Below are positions 1-12,909 of a stretch of 64,000 nt of DNA, piece by piece. Source of the stretch: Tubulanus polymorphus (Eukaryota; Animalia; Nemertea). The notes under the pieces were generated by a model, which saw only the letters and a program-made list of their open reading frames with translations, searched no databases and was not told the origin of the DNA. The stretch is taken from contig NC_134027.1 of assembly GCF_964204645.1 (NCBI RefSeq), positions 13,796,485-13,860,484 of the forward strand, read 5' to 3'. A program made the position numbers and the translations under genes. How positions within the stretch are numbered: the stretch's first letter is position 1; every line of letters starts with the position of its first letter.

Positions 1-470
1 GGAAATACTAAGCCATTCTACTATTCAACGCCCCCTGGTGACCATATGGAAAAACTTATGTCCTTAAAAACTCACCACAATCATAGACGATGTCATGAAC
101 TACAACTTTGCAATTGATCATGGTAACAAACTATGCCTAGGTACCAATCTAATAAGGAAAAACTAAGCTTTTCTACTATTCAACGCCCCCTGGTGACTAT
201 ATGGAATAACTAATGTCCTTAAAAACTCACGACAATCATAGACGATGTCATGAACTACAACTTTGCAATTGATCATCGTAACAAAATATGCCTTGGTACA
301 AATATAATATAGCAATACTAAGTTATTGTATTATTCAACGCCCCCTGATGGCCACATACAAAAACCAATGACCTTGAAACTCACCAAAATCATAGAACAC
401 GTAAGGGGCTACAACTTTCCAATTGAATATAGTAACACAATATGCTTAGGTATCAATTTAATGTGGAAAA
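1..470. repeat. 155-bp tandem repeat (central repeats of HINE-B)
   Basis: TTCAACGCCCCCTG recurs at about 24, 179 and 334. Confidence 0.85.
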
Positions 471-1057
471 ACTTTTTCCCACCTACGAATGAGTACTGAT
501 GACACCAAGATGGCCGCCAATTGCGTCATAATTGGCTAATCAAAAATACCTGTCCCAGGTATAAAACATCCCTCTCTAAAGAATACCCATCAGCAATTGC
601 AATGAGAAATTGCAAACCAGTAGGAAGCTACAGGACCTAGAATTCTGGCCAAAATTGACATTTTTGGGCACTAAAAAGGTCATAGGACGGCCATCTTGAG
701 TCAGATCGACCCAATTTTCTTATGCTGATGGGCCTTTGGTAGATTCAAATAGAAACGAAAGATCAAGGTAATTGATCAAAGCGTCTTCAAAATTTCCCAC
801 GAAAATGTTTAAAAAGTGCTGATTTTGGCAAACAACAATGGCTGCCAGTCGGCCATTTTGAATCTGACAGGGCCAGTTTTTTGGTTGACGATGTGGCTAG
901 GGTAGATACATGTATAAACCAAATATCAAGACATTACCTTGAAGCGTCTTCAAAACTTCCCAAAATAACTGGATTCCGTCTATGGACGGACGGACGAACA
1001 GACGGACGAAAAGTGAATGCAATAGCCCACTGGGACTAAAGTCCCAAGTGGGCTGAA
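1..1057 (-). mobile_element. Non-autonomous Helentron-type element, family B (5' part; runs off the window)
   Basis: Reverse complement of 53712 onward: 5' hairpin AGCCCACTTGGGAC-TTTA-GTCCCAGTGGGCT, a GTCC/GTTC-type microsatellite, then 155-bp repeats. It sits at a T-run in the 31-bp array. Confidence 0.75.
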
Positions 1058-2060
1058 AAAGAATTGTTGCGGGCAACAAAAACCAAACTACTGAATTGTC
1101 GCGGGTGATAAAACCAAAATATTGAATTGTCGCTGGCGATAAAACAAAAATATTGAATTGTCGCGGGCGATAAAACCAAAATAATGAATTGTCTCGGGCG
1201 ATAAAACCAAAATAATGAATTGTCTCGGGCGACAAAACCAAAATAATGAATTGTCTCGGGCGACAAAACCAAAATAATGAATTGTCGCGGGCGACAAAAC
1301 CAAAAAAGAATTGTCGGGGCGACAAAACCAAAATAATGAATTGTCGCGGGCGATAAAACCAAAATAATGAATTTTCTCGGGCGACAAAACCAAAATAATG
1401 AATTGTCGCGGGCGACAAAACCAAAAAAAGAATAGTCGGGGCGACAAAACCAAAATAATGAATTGTCGCGGGCGATAAAACCAAAAAAATTAATTGTCGC
1501 GGACGTCAAAACCAAAATGGTGAATTGTCACGGGCGACAAAACCAAGATAATGAATTGTCGCGGGCGATAAAACCAAAATAATGAATTTTCTCGGGCGAC
1601 AAAACCAAAATAATGAATTGTCGCGGGCGACAAAACCAAAAAAAGAATAATCGGGGCGACAAAACCAAAATAATGAATTGTCGCGGGCGATAAAACCAAA
1701 AAAATGAATTGTCGCGGACGTCAAAACCAAAATGGTGAATTGTCACGGGCGAAAAAAAAACCAAAATAATGAATTGTCGCGGGCGATAAAATAGTAATAA
1801 TGAATTGTCGCCGGCGATAAAACCAAAATAATGAATTATCGCGGGCGATAAAACCAAAATATTGAATTGTCGCGGGTGACAAAAACAAAATATAAAACCA
1901 AAATAATGAATTGTCGCGGGCGACAAAACCAAAAAGAAGAATTGTCGCGGGCGACAAAACCAAAATAATGCATTGTCGCTGGCGATAAAACCAAAGCAAT
2001 GAATTGTCGTGGGCGATAAAACCAAAATAATGAATTGTCGCGGGCGACAAAATCAAAATC
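1058..2060 (-). repeat. 31-bp satellite array
   Basis: Unit on minus strand GACAATTCATTATTTTGGTTTT(A/G)TCGCCCGC, head-to-tail with no spacers. Confidence 0.97.
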
Positions 2061-3164
2061 ATTGTTTTCTCGCGTTATTCTAGTTTTGTCGTAATGTCGC
2101 CCTCATTTGCATATTCGTGTTTTTTTATTTTATCAGCCACCATACAAATGCTTTAAGGTCGCGTAAAACTCGATAAACACTTCAAGCGACACAGCGAACG
2201 ATCTCCTTTCCCCCACAGCGAACGCTTACTCCGAATGTCAAGTGTGAGTCCAGCATACGGATAGGAGTGTGTTATATACTTGTATTTAGTAAATACCTTG
2301 CGGATTTGACAATGATCGGTATGTACTGTAGGAAATATAGAGTATTGATGGTATTGATATAGAGGCCCGCGGCCGAATAAAGTAATATATTCTTTTATTT
2401 TGATACCTCGTCGACATAACAGCTTTTCTCCGCTATATCTCTTCGGCGTGTTTAGTTTAGGCCTACGACTCCCCGGTACACTTATGATGTATCTAAGTAA
2501 AAACACGATAAATTTGGTAAAGAAAAATAGGTATTGCTAAATTAACTGCCTGACGCCCGCAGCCAAATCACTGGTAGTAATAAATTAATTTGTACTCGAT
2601 TTGATTCTCAGAATGAGGAGAAACTCGCAGCTGATTCCCAGAACGACGATGTAGTGACACACGTCGATTTGTCGATGTTTACGGCTCGACAGTGCTTTTA
2701 AAATCTAAAGTAGTAAATTTCCTGTGTATTGGTATTATAATTTGATGAGGAAAATGGGTTATTGTTAAAATTAGTTTTTAAAAACCACGACAGAATGTGC
2801 AATCTTTGGGTAATAAATTTGTTAATTTATGCTTGAATTGATAATCGATGTGACAAGAAACGTGCGGTAGATTTCGGAAAGACGACTTAGAAAAACATGT
2901 CGGCTCTTTGAATGGGGCCCAATTTTCGATGTTTACGGCCCGACAGTGCTTTTGTAACGTTGATTCTTCAAAATTCGCACGGAGTATTTGTAGATCGAAC
3001 TGAGCTGAATGATATCAGACGGATTGTATCGGCAACAGCGGTAATGTAAAAAAGCCTATGTACTTTTGACAAAAAATGTGTGGAAAAAAATAATAATAAT
3101 AAATATAGCTGCAAAGCAGCGATAACGGGTTTTCTGCACAGTCTTAGAATCCAGTTCAACGGTG

Positions 3165-3395
3165 GATTTCGACAAAGCATTTGATAAGGCACAACATCAG
3201 GCATTACTAACCAGGCTATTAGGAAACATCATTAATGAAAGGTCACTCAAATGGCTCAGCAGTTATCTCTGAACGAAAACTTGTAGCCGAAATCAACGGT
3301 ACGCCTCATCTTGGAATAAGTCAGTCTAACTAGTGGAGTCACGCAAGGTAGTATCCTAAGTTGTCTTCTGTTTAATGTCCTGACAAATGACATAC
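3165..3395 (+). pseudogene. Captured fragment of a CR1/L2-type LINE reverse transcriptase in the HINE-A tail
   Basis: Translates with breaks to VDFDKAFDKAQHQALLTRL..KWLSSYL..LTSGVTQGSILSCLLFNVLTNDI (DFxKAFD and GVPQGS motifs). Copies also at ~55760-55995 and ~60845-61085 on the minus strand. Confidence 0.75.
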
Positions 3396-3444
3396 ACAGT
3401 TATCCAACATATACCAGACCGAGTAAATTTCCAAATCGAACTTA

Positions 3445-3960
3445 ACGCGCTGTTCGACCAAAAAACTTAATGTTCCAACCAGAAAATCTTGTTCGAATGA
3501 AAATAATTCTGTTTGATCGAACAATACGCTTTTTGCTTGAACCAAAAATTTTCTTCATTCTGACAGAAAATGTGTTCGAATAAAAAGCTATGTTATTGTT
3601 GAATTGAAAAATTTGGTTGAGCGAAAACAATTTTTTCGAACGAATGTTTGAATGAATTCTGTTCGATTGAACGAAATACTTAATACTTTCGGTTCGGAGA
3701 AAAAACTTTTTTCAATATACTTGTTCGAACGAAAAACTTAATGTTCTGACAAGAAAATTCTGTTCAAATTAAAACGATTCTGTTCAATTGAATGATTGTT
3801 CGAACGAAAAGCCTTTCGTTTGGACAAAAAAAAGTTTGTTCAACTTTGTTCTAACGATTTTTCAAATTGGTTCAATTGTATAGAATATTATTGGTTCGAA
3901 CGAAATAAATATTGTTCCGACGAAAGAATTTTCAAGGGAAAGGTCTTTTGAACGAAAAAA
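3445..3960. repeat. Degenerate GTTCGAA-rich repeat tract
   Basis: Repeated TGTTCGAA/GAACGAAAA motifs; AAAACTTAATGTTC recurs at ~3462 and ~3733. Confidence 0.6.
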
Positions 3961-4186
3961 AAGATATTTCTGGTGCTCCGCAGTAACTTAAAGCCAGACG
4001 TTGGTTGTTCTTGTGACACGATGCGATCCTCGCGTTGCATCGCAAGTTTCGATGCAAGTCGCTTGCAATACGATTGTGTGCGACTAGTTTCTGCCAGTCG
4101 CAAGAGTGCGTCGGTTGGTTGTGACAGTCGTGTCGCGTCGCAGAAAGTAGAACACCTACGACTCCATGTGACTGGCGTTGCTGAAA

Positions 4187-4340
4187 GATGAGGACGCCAG
4201 CGATATGACGACTGAGTTTCAAGTCGTCAAAACGTCACGATATGTCGACATATTCATCTCGAATTGATGCGATATATCGACATAGATATGGCGACTTGTC
4301 GAGTTGGAACGCAACAACTCGAGGCCCTTTATCGCTTCCG
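4187..4340. mobile_element. Partial copy (one terminus) of the TA-flanked MITE
   Basis: Ends ..CTCGAGGCCCTTTATCGCTTCCG|TA, as at 4831-4855, and is inverted relative to 4442-4660. Confidence 0.6.
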
Positions 4341-4441
4341 TAGATCTTTCATTAAGTAGGATTACTTGAATGTTCGCTTTAATATCACTTTAAAAAAAAA
4401 AGAATCTGCCAAAATGACCTTAATATTCGACACTATATCTA

Positions 4442-4853
4442 CGGAAGCGATAAGGGGCCTCGAGATGACGCGTTCCAACTCGACAAGTCGCCATATTATT
4501 GTCGACATACCGCGATGTATCGCGTCAAGTCGACATGAATATGTCGATATATCGTGACGTTTTGACGACATATTTCGTTTTCTCAACCATTTTCCTCGCG
4601 ACAAGTCGACATATTCATGACGACTTGAAACTCAGTCGTCATATTACTGGCGTCCTCATTTTACATTTAGACATGTCTTCAAATGACGGCTTGTCCCGTG
4701 GAAAATGAGCAAATAAGCGAAATTTGTCGTGAAAACGTCACGATATGTAGACATATTCATTTGGACTTGACACGATATATCGCGATATATCGACATAAAT
4801 ATGGCGACTTGTCGAGTTTGAACGTGACAACTCGAGGCCCTTTATCGCTTCCG
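4442..4853. mobile_element. MITE with TA target-site duplication (Tc1/mariner-type)
   Basis: TA|CGGAAGCGATAAGGGGCCTCGAG ... CTCGAGGCCCTTTATCGCTTCCG|TA, with ~120-bp imperfect TIRs. Confidence 0.75.
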
Positions 4854-4939
4854 TAATATATCAGATTAATCGACTTCAAAATAGGCGAAAGCATAAGTCT
4901 TTATTACGTTATTAATTGGCCCAATTATTCAAAAGCTAA

Positions 4940-7900
4940 TAATGTGGGCGACAAAACCAAAAACATTAATTGTCGCGGGCGATAAAACCAAAATAATCAA
5001 TTGTCGCGGGCGATAAAACCAAAATAATGAATTGTCGCGGGCGATAAAACCAAAATATTGAAGTGTCGCAGGCGATAAAACCGCGACAAAAAGAGAAAAA
5101 AATTGTCGCGGGCGATAAAACCAAAATCATGAATTGTCGCGGGCGACAAAACCAAAATATTCAATTGTCGCGGGCGACAAAACCAAACTAATGAATTGTC
5201 GCGGGCGATAAAGCCAAAATAATGAATTGTCGCGGGCGATAAAACCAAAATATTGAAGTGTCGTAGGCACCAAATCCAAAAAATGAATTGTCGCGGGCGA
5301 TAAAACCAAAATCTTGAATTGTTGCCATTGTCGCGTGCGACAAAACCAAAATAATGAATTGTTCCGGGCGATAAAACCAAAATAATGAATTGTCGCGGGC
5401 GATAAAACCAAAATATTGAAGTGTCGCAGGCGATAAAACCGCGACAAAAAAAGAAAAAAATTGTCGCGGGCGATAAAACCAAAATATTGAATTGTCGTAG
5501 GCGCCAAATCAAAAAAATGAATTGTCGCGGGCGATAAAACCAAAATCTTGAATTGTCGCCATTGTCGCGTGCGACAAAACCAAAATAATGAATTGTTCCG
5601 GGCGATAAAACCAAAATAATGAATTGTCGCGGGCGATAAAACCAAAGTATTGAAGTGTCGCAGGCAATAAAACCGCGACAAAAAGAGAAAAAAATTGTCA
5701 CAGGCGATAAAACCAAAATAATGAATTGTCGTGGGCGATAAAACCAAAAAATTGAATTGTCGTGGGCGAAAAATCCAAAAAATGAATTGTTGCGGGCGAT
5801 AAAACCAAAATCTTGAATTGTCGCCATTGTGTTGTGCGACAAAACCAAAATAATGAATTGTCGCGGGCGATAAAACCAAAATAATGAATTGTCGCGGGCG
5901 ATAAAACCAAAATATTGAATTGTCGTGGGCGACAAAACCAAAATATTGTTTTGTCGCGGGTGACAAAACCAAATTAATGAATTGTCGCGGGCGATAAAAC
6001 CAAAATAATGAATTGTCACGGGCGATAAAACCAAAATACTGAATTGTCGCGGGCGATAAAACCAAAATACTGAATTGTCGCGGGCGATAAAACCAAAATA
6101 CTGAATTGTCGCGGGCGACAAATCCAAAAAACGAATTGTCGCGGCAGAAAAACCAAAATCTTGAATTGTCGCGGGCGACAAAACCAAAATATTCAATTGT
6201 CGTGGGCGACAAAACCAAACTAATGAATTGTCGCGGGCGATAAAACCAAAATAATAAATTGTCGCAGGCGATAAAACCAAAAAAATGAATTGTCGCGGAC
6301 GATAAAACCAAAATCTTGAATTGTCGCCATTGTGTTGTGCGACAAAACCAAAATAATGAATTGTCGCGGGCGATAAAACCAAAATAATGAATTGTCGCGG
6401 GCGACAAAACCAAAATATTGAATTGTCATGGGCGACAAAACCAAAATATTGTTTTGTCGCGGGTGACAAAACCAAATTAATGAATTGTCGCGGGCGACAA
6501 AACCAAAATAATGAATTGTCGCGGACGATAAAACCAAAATACTGAATTGTCGCGGGCGATAAAACCAAAATACTGAATTGTCGCGGGCGACAAATCCAAA
6601 AAATGAATTGTCGCGGCAGAAAAACCAAAATCTTGAATTGTGGCGGGCGACAAAACCAAAATATTCAATTGTCGTGGGCGACAAAACCAAACTAATGAAT
6701 TGTCGCGGGCGATAAAACCAAAATAATAAATTGTCGCAGGCGATAAAACCAAAAAAATGAATTTTCGCGGACGATAAAACCAAAATCATGAATTGTCGCG
6801 GGCAACAAAACCAAACTAATGAATTGTCGCGGGCGATAAAACCAAAATAATAAATTGTCGCAGGCGATAAAACCAAAAAAATGAATTGTCTTTGACGATA
6901 AAACCAAAATGATGAAATGTCGCGGGCGACAAAACCAAAATATTCAATTGTCGCGGGCGACAAAACCAAACTAATGAATTGTCGCTGGCGATAAAGCCAA
7001 AATAATGAATTGCCGCGGGCGATAAAACCAAAATACTGAATTGTCGCGGGCGATAAAACCAAAATATTGAATTGACGTGGGCGACAAATCCAAAAAATGA
7101 ATTGTCGCGGCAGAAAAACCAAAATATTGAATTGTCGCGGGTGAAAAAACCAAACTTATGAATTGTTGCGGGCGATGAAACCAAAATAATGAAATGCGCG
7201 GGCGATAAAACCGCGACAAAAAAAAAATTGTCGCGGGCGATAAAACCAAAATAATGAATTCTCGCGGGCGATAAAACCAAAATAATGAATTGTCGCAATA
7301 TTGAATTGTCATGAGCGACAAAACCAAAATATTGATTTGTCGCGGGTGACAAAACCAAATTAATGAATTGTCGCGGGCGACAAAACCAAAATAATGAATT
7401 GTCGCGGGCGATAAAACCAAAATACTGAATTGTTGCGGGCGATAAAACCAAAATACTGAATTGTCGCGGGCGACAAATCCAAAAAATGAATTGTCGCGGC
7501 AGAAAAACCAAAATCTTGAATTGTGGCGGGCGACAAAACCAAAATATTCAATTGTCGCGGGCGACAAAACCAAACTAATGAATTGTCGCGGGCGATAAAA
7601 CCAAAATAATAAATTGTCGCAGGCGATAAAACCAAAAAAATGAATTGTCGCGGACGATAAAACCAAAATCATGAATTGTCGCGGGCAACAAAACCAAAAT
7701 ATTTAATTGTCGCGGGCGACAAAACCAAACTAATGAATTGTCGCGGGCGATAAAGCCAAAATAATGAATTGCCGCGGGCGATAAAACCAAAATATTGAAG
7801 TGTCGCGGGCGATAAAACCAAAATATTCAATTGTCGTGGGCGACAAAACCAAAATATTGTTTTGTCGCGGGTGACAAAACCAAATTAATGAATTGTCGCA

Positions 7901-8225
7901 GGCGATAAAACCAAAATAATGAATTGTCGCGGGTGAAAAAACCAAACTTATGAATTGTTGCGGGCGATAAAACCAAAATAATGAAATGCGCGGGCGATAA
8001 AACCGCGACAAAAAAAAATTGTCGCGGGCGATAAAACCAAAATAATGAATTGTCGCAATATTGAATTGTCATGAGCGACAAAACCAAAATATTGATTTGT
8101 CGCGGGTGACAAAACCAAATTAATGAATTGTCGCGGGCGATAAAACCAAAATAATGAATTGTCGCGGGCGATAAAACCAAAATAATGAATTGTCGCGGGC
8201 GACAAAACCAAAATTATTGTTTTGT
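4940..8225 (-). repeat. 31-bp satellite array
   Basis: About 100 units of the same monomer, with recurring variant blocks. Confidence 0.97.
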
Positions 8226-9569
8226 CGCGTTATTTTAGTTTTGTCGTTTTGTCATAATGTCGCCCTCATTTGCATATACGTGTTTTTTTACGCATGGCCC
8301 TTATCAGCCACCATACTAAAGCCTTAAGGTCGCGTAAAACTCGATAAACACTTCAAGCGACACAGCGAACGATCTCCTTTCCCCCACAGCGAACGCTTAA
8401 CCTAGTAGAGGCTACTACCCTATGAAGGCCTATGTATATGCGTAGGCCTAACATCCGGACAGATTGGTCGTAGGCCTATTGAATTCAACAACCCACCTAA
8501 ATATCGTAAATTTTGTTTTGAAGTTCAATCCAATGAGTCCGTTAATAAACGCAACATTTGTACTGTGTTTGTTTGAGACAGTAAAGCTCAGTACCGGTAG
8601 GCCTAAAGCCGCGTCAAACTCGATAAACACTTCAAGCGACACAGCGAACGATCCCTTTCCCCCACAGCGAACGCTTACTCCGAATGTCAAGTGTGAGTCC
8701 AGCATACGGAAAGGATTACGTGTTTTATACTTGTATTTAGTAAATACCTTGTGCATTTGACAATGATCGGTATGTACTGTAGGAAATATAGAGTATTGAT
8801 GGTATTGATATAGAGGTTGAAGCCCGCGGCCGAATAAAGTAATATAATCTTTTATTTTTATACCTCGTCGACATAACAGCTTTTCTCCGCTATATCTCTT
8901 CGGCGTGTTTAGTTTAGGCCTACGATTCCTCGGTACACTAAAGATTTATCTTAGTAAATACTCGGTTAATTCGGTAAAGAAAAATAGGTATTGTTATACT
9001 AACTCCTTGAAACCGCAGCCAAATTACTGGTAGTAATAAATTAATTTGTACTCGATTTGATTCTCATGATGAGGAGAAACTCGCAGCTGATCCCCGGAAC
9101 GACGATGTAGTAACACGCGTCAATTTGTCGATGTTTACGGCTCGACAGTGCTTTTAGAATCTTAAGTAGTAAATTTCAAGTGTATCGGTAATATGATTTG
9201 ATGAGGAAAATGGGCTATTGTTAAAATCACTGTTTGACGACCGCGACTGAATTTGAAGTCTGCGGCAATAAATTAGTTCATTTATACTTGAATTGATAAT
9301 CGAAGTGACAGTCGGCCTGCGGGTTGATTTCGGGATGACGACTCGAAAAACATGTCGCCCCATTGAATGGGGCTAAATTTTCGATGTTTACGGCCCGACA
9401 GCGCTTTTGTAACGATGATTCGTGAAAAAACACGCGGGCTATTTGTAGATCTCAGTGAGCTGAACGATATTATATGGATTGTATATGAAACAGCGGTAAG
9501 GTAACAAAGCCTATGTTCTTTTGGTAAAAATAGTGTGGAAGAAAATAATAATAATAATAATCACGCGGA

Positions 9570-9788
9570 TATCAATAGGGTTTTCTGTGAAATAACAGAA
9601 AACCCTAATAATAATAAGAAACACGCGAATCTCAATAGGGTTTTCTGTGATGTAACAGAAAACCCTAATAATAATAAGAAACACGCGAATCTCAATAGGG
9701 TTTTCTGTGATGTAACAGAAAACCCTAATAATAATAATAAGAAACACGCGAATCTCAATAGGGTTTTCTGTGATGTAACAGAAAACCC

Positions 9789-9821
<33 letters not shown>

Positions 9822-9930
9822 GAAACACGCGAATCTCAATAGGGTTTTCTGTGATGTAACAGAAAACCCTAATAAGAAGAAACACGCGAATCTCAATAGG
9901 GTTTTCTGTGATGTAATAGAAAACCCTAAT
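9570..9930 (-). repeat. Six tandem ~60-bp HINE-A heads separated by (TAA)n
   Basis: AATAGGGTTTTCTGTGATGTAACAGAAAACCCTAAT-type hairpin at ~9574, 9634, 9694, 9757, 9838 and 9895. Confidence 0.9.
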
Positions 9931-11202
9931 TAATATTACTGTAATTGAGAATTTATTCAAATGAAGTGATAACTTAATTGTTAGATCGTACTGGTATATG
10001 CACATAAAACAAAAAACACATCTAACAATCCACGCAATCCGAGCTCAGACCACTATTCCAAAATCTTCTATATCCTATAGTAAAAACAAGAAATTCGAGA
10101 GTTTAGTTCATATATAAGCGTATAAATTCAGGGGAAATCCTGCTTATGGCTCATAGGCCAGCATCTTAGCTACGCACATGCCGTATATGCAGTGATAGAG
10201 AGCCTGTTCTAGATCTGTAGTAAACAGTATTTTTATCACTCTACGAGTCGATTGTTTTGCCGTTGAAATAGCACATTCTCGAGTGAACGCAACTGAGGAA
10301 TTTTTATAGCCTTGTTTGTGCCGCATATACGTACAAGTAATAGCATCCTTGCAGTAACTTCCCTGGATAGAGGTAATGAATGCAGCTATCTATACGCGAG
10401 AGCCTGGATGACTATATTCTTCTGCTAGTATTACAATATTCCTTGACGGATTTACTTGAAACTTTCGTGAGATGTACGGAACACAGGTACCTTGAGGTAA
10501 GTCGAAGGGATCCTTGATTGGGGACCCCATTCACCCACCAGGGGGTGTTTTACATTCTGACAATGCATTCCCCCTTACAAAATTCTGACATCGAAAAGTT
10601 ACTGTGTGAGAAAATTTCAGCCTCGGGCGAGCACAAAAGTTGTTCATGACAGCCCGGAGGCTAAAAAAGTCAATGGCACGTCCTATCTGCGATTAACCGT
10701 TTGGGCTCTACGGGCTCGAAAATGGGACCCCAAATTTTTCAATGAGATTTTTGCTCCTAGCTCCTTAACCGTTGGAGATAGAATTGTGGTTGCGACGGGT
10801 GATCAGTAGCCCTTGACAAGACGCTTGTATTGATGTATGGTATAACTATGTAACTCATATGGTTCTCCAGTAGCGCCACCTATAAGACGCTGGAAAACGC
10901 ATTTTCATCTATATCGACTAAGAGTATCAATGGATTTCTATAAAAATTCATTCACATGTACCTGGTTACTAAATGCAACGAACCCCTCACATGATTAGTT
11001 CCTATTTTAACCACTAGGGGGCGTAAATTTTGAAAAATCGATTTCAGCATCCATTTTTCCCATCCATGATTATTATGAAAATCACAAAACTTAGTATGAG
11101 TACATAGAAATGTGTGTAATATGCACATTATAGTATTTTTCCTCCTAGGTCCTTAACCGATGGTGATAGAATGGAGGTTGGAATGTGTGGTTAGTAGCCC
11201 TT

Positions 11203-12905
11203 TGTAACAATTGTCGTCTTCTATTCTAATGGTAATATAAGAGGTAATCGCCGCTGTAGTAGGGGACGTTCCGGGTCTTGAACCGGGACAAAAGATAACA
11301 CACGACTCACCAGGACAAAGCATTCTTTTCAAGAGGAAAATTATTATTATTACATTTATTAATACCAATACAAATACACTATATTACAATACAATTACAG
11401 GCGGGAGTTATACCGTTACACCACTCCCCCTAACAATGAGTTCTGAACTACGGTTCAGTACAAAATTAACTTTCACGACGCAATAACACTCCAATACCGG
11501 TATGCCGAGTTCCCATCGCAAAACGACGATCGATAACACCCATGGTTCGCATGGTACACAAGAGTCAGATTATTTACATATTTACATTTCCGCTAAATCC
11601 ATTCCTGAAGTACGACGTAGACTAGGGTTCACCGCTGGGGGGTAGATGGCTGGCCATTTATCGATATCTGGTGTTGGCCCCGCCATCCCCATACCTACTC
11701 ACGTGACGGAACTTGCGGTCTATATACACATGACGGTCTATATACAAGTGATGGTTTATATACAACGATTCTCCAAAGTAGCGCTGAAAAAGTAAAAGAG
11801 AAGAGGCCAGCAGAAAAAGTTCTAACACACAGAACCAGGACTGAGGCAGGGATGCACGAGTCAAAAGGCCATGTTTTGTAGGGTGGGTATTGACCATAGT
11901 AAGGTTTCCCACCTACAAATTTAGGACTCTAAATGACTCTTGACGGGGGCAATAATATGACTAATTCGTTGACTGCCTTCGTTCGATAATGGATCCCTCT
12001 GTAGTCGTGGTCTGGAAGGTCCGGATGTTCGATGGTGCGGAACCCGGCCTTTTCGAAATGTACATTGATGCGGTCAATCGGGATGACCGTCTTGCCTTTC
12101 ATACACGGGGCTTTTGGGACACGAAGGTTGAAAATCGGGACAAGGGGATATTTTCGCTGTATAAGGTTGGCCAGGCTATATATCTCCCTGACCGTATCAC
12201 CGAATTCCCGCACGTTATTCACCCCGTGGTTAAGGACAGCAGCTGAACCGCTGACACTAATCAGTCGTATGGTCCGACTGACCTCCTCAATCCGTTCTCC
12301 TGAGTGAGCGATGACATACATGTCATCTTTGCACTTGACTCCTTTAAACATGGAGTCGCTCAGCAGGAGAATTGGACACCGTAGGTCTCCGACTCGGAGC
12401 TGTCGATTTAGCTTCTCCAGCTAAATGCCGGGATATCAAACAGCTGAGTTCTGTCCCCAGCCGATTAAACCTCTCCATCGACATGGATGGCCGTGACCGC
12501 TTGGCTGACGCCAGGAAAGCCTTGACACCAGCACTACTGAACCAGCAACCATGTCACCTGGTTGGTACAGATGGCACTCACATGAACTTACCAAAGCACT
12601 GAAGTCCGGAGTCCATTGGGGCTCAGTCCTTTTCGTGTAGCTTTGCACATATTTTTGCACATCCTGCACAGCGGCCTTCTTCAGGTCTCGTGTTTCTTCG
12701 TTCAACGTATCCAACTGAAGCACATCAGACATTTTGGCAGCTAAAAACAGAAGGAAAGAGAGGAAAACATTAAGTTGGCCGGAGGGCAGAGAGTCTAACC
12801 GGTGAAGTGTTCTCTGTCTCGCAGCAATTTTCGCGCTTTCTTCAGCCACAGATCTTTCTTCTCCCGGATTCTGGACCATCGCTGACAGCAGGTGGTACAA
12901 TCGCC
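11203..12905 (-). mobile_element. 3' part of an LTR retroelement (3' LTR 11203-11420, polypurine tract 11421-11430)
   Basis: On the minus strand GGGGGAGTGG directly precedes a 218-bp TGTAAC..GTTACA segment containing AATAAA, and host repeat resumes at its end. No gag/pol or second LTR is visible; the upstream boundary is approximate. Confidence 0.65.
11929..12732 (-). CDS. Spliced 210-aa SGNH/GDSL-hydrolase-like protein (exons 12732-12592 and 12420-11929)
   Basis: Phase-0 intron TTG|GTAAGT..TTTAG|CTG joins MSDVLQ..DFSAL to LEKLNRQ..ILLLSDSMF. SGNH-like blocks: LLLSDS, SG, HGVNN, DYRGIH. A pyrimidine tract and AG acceptor lie 8 nt before the ATG. Confidence 0.6.
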
Positions 12906-12909
12906 ATTA

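Larger units (their letters stand above)
1..3101 (-). mobile_element. HINE-A body (core plus 31-bp array containing HINE-B), without an adjacent head
   Basis: 2060-3100 is the reverse complement of the ~1.05-kb core at 56060-57115; it abuts the tail of the next copy through (TAA)n. Confidence 0.75.
3102..9930 (-). mobile_element. Non-autonomous Helentron-type element, family A, with six stacked 5' heads
   Basis: 3' end (minus) GCAGAAAACCC subTIR, GCTGC-TTT-GCAGC hairpin and TATATT at 3102-3137. 5' heads of TAGGGTTTTCTG..CAGAAAACCCTA plus (TTA)n at 9570-9930. Core and central 31-bp array lie between. Matches the DINE-1/HINE architecture. Confidence 0.8.

Noticed and set aside
897-8211. Many long overlapping minus-strand ORFs (VLSPATIHYFGF.., up to 543 aa)
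   Set aside because: The 31-bp monomer has no stop codon on that strand and cycles through all three frames; these are satellite artefacts.
4940-8225. CRISPR array
   Set aside because: Repeats are contiguous with no unique spacers, no cas genes are present, and the context is eukaryotic.
9511-10005. Repetitive ORFs on both strands, and CRISPR-like palindromic repeats
   Set aside because: Stacked HINE heads separated by (TAA)n, neither coding nor spacer-containing.
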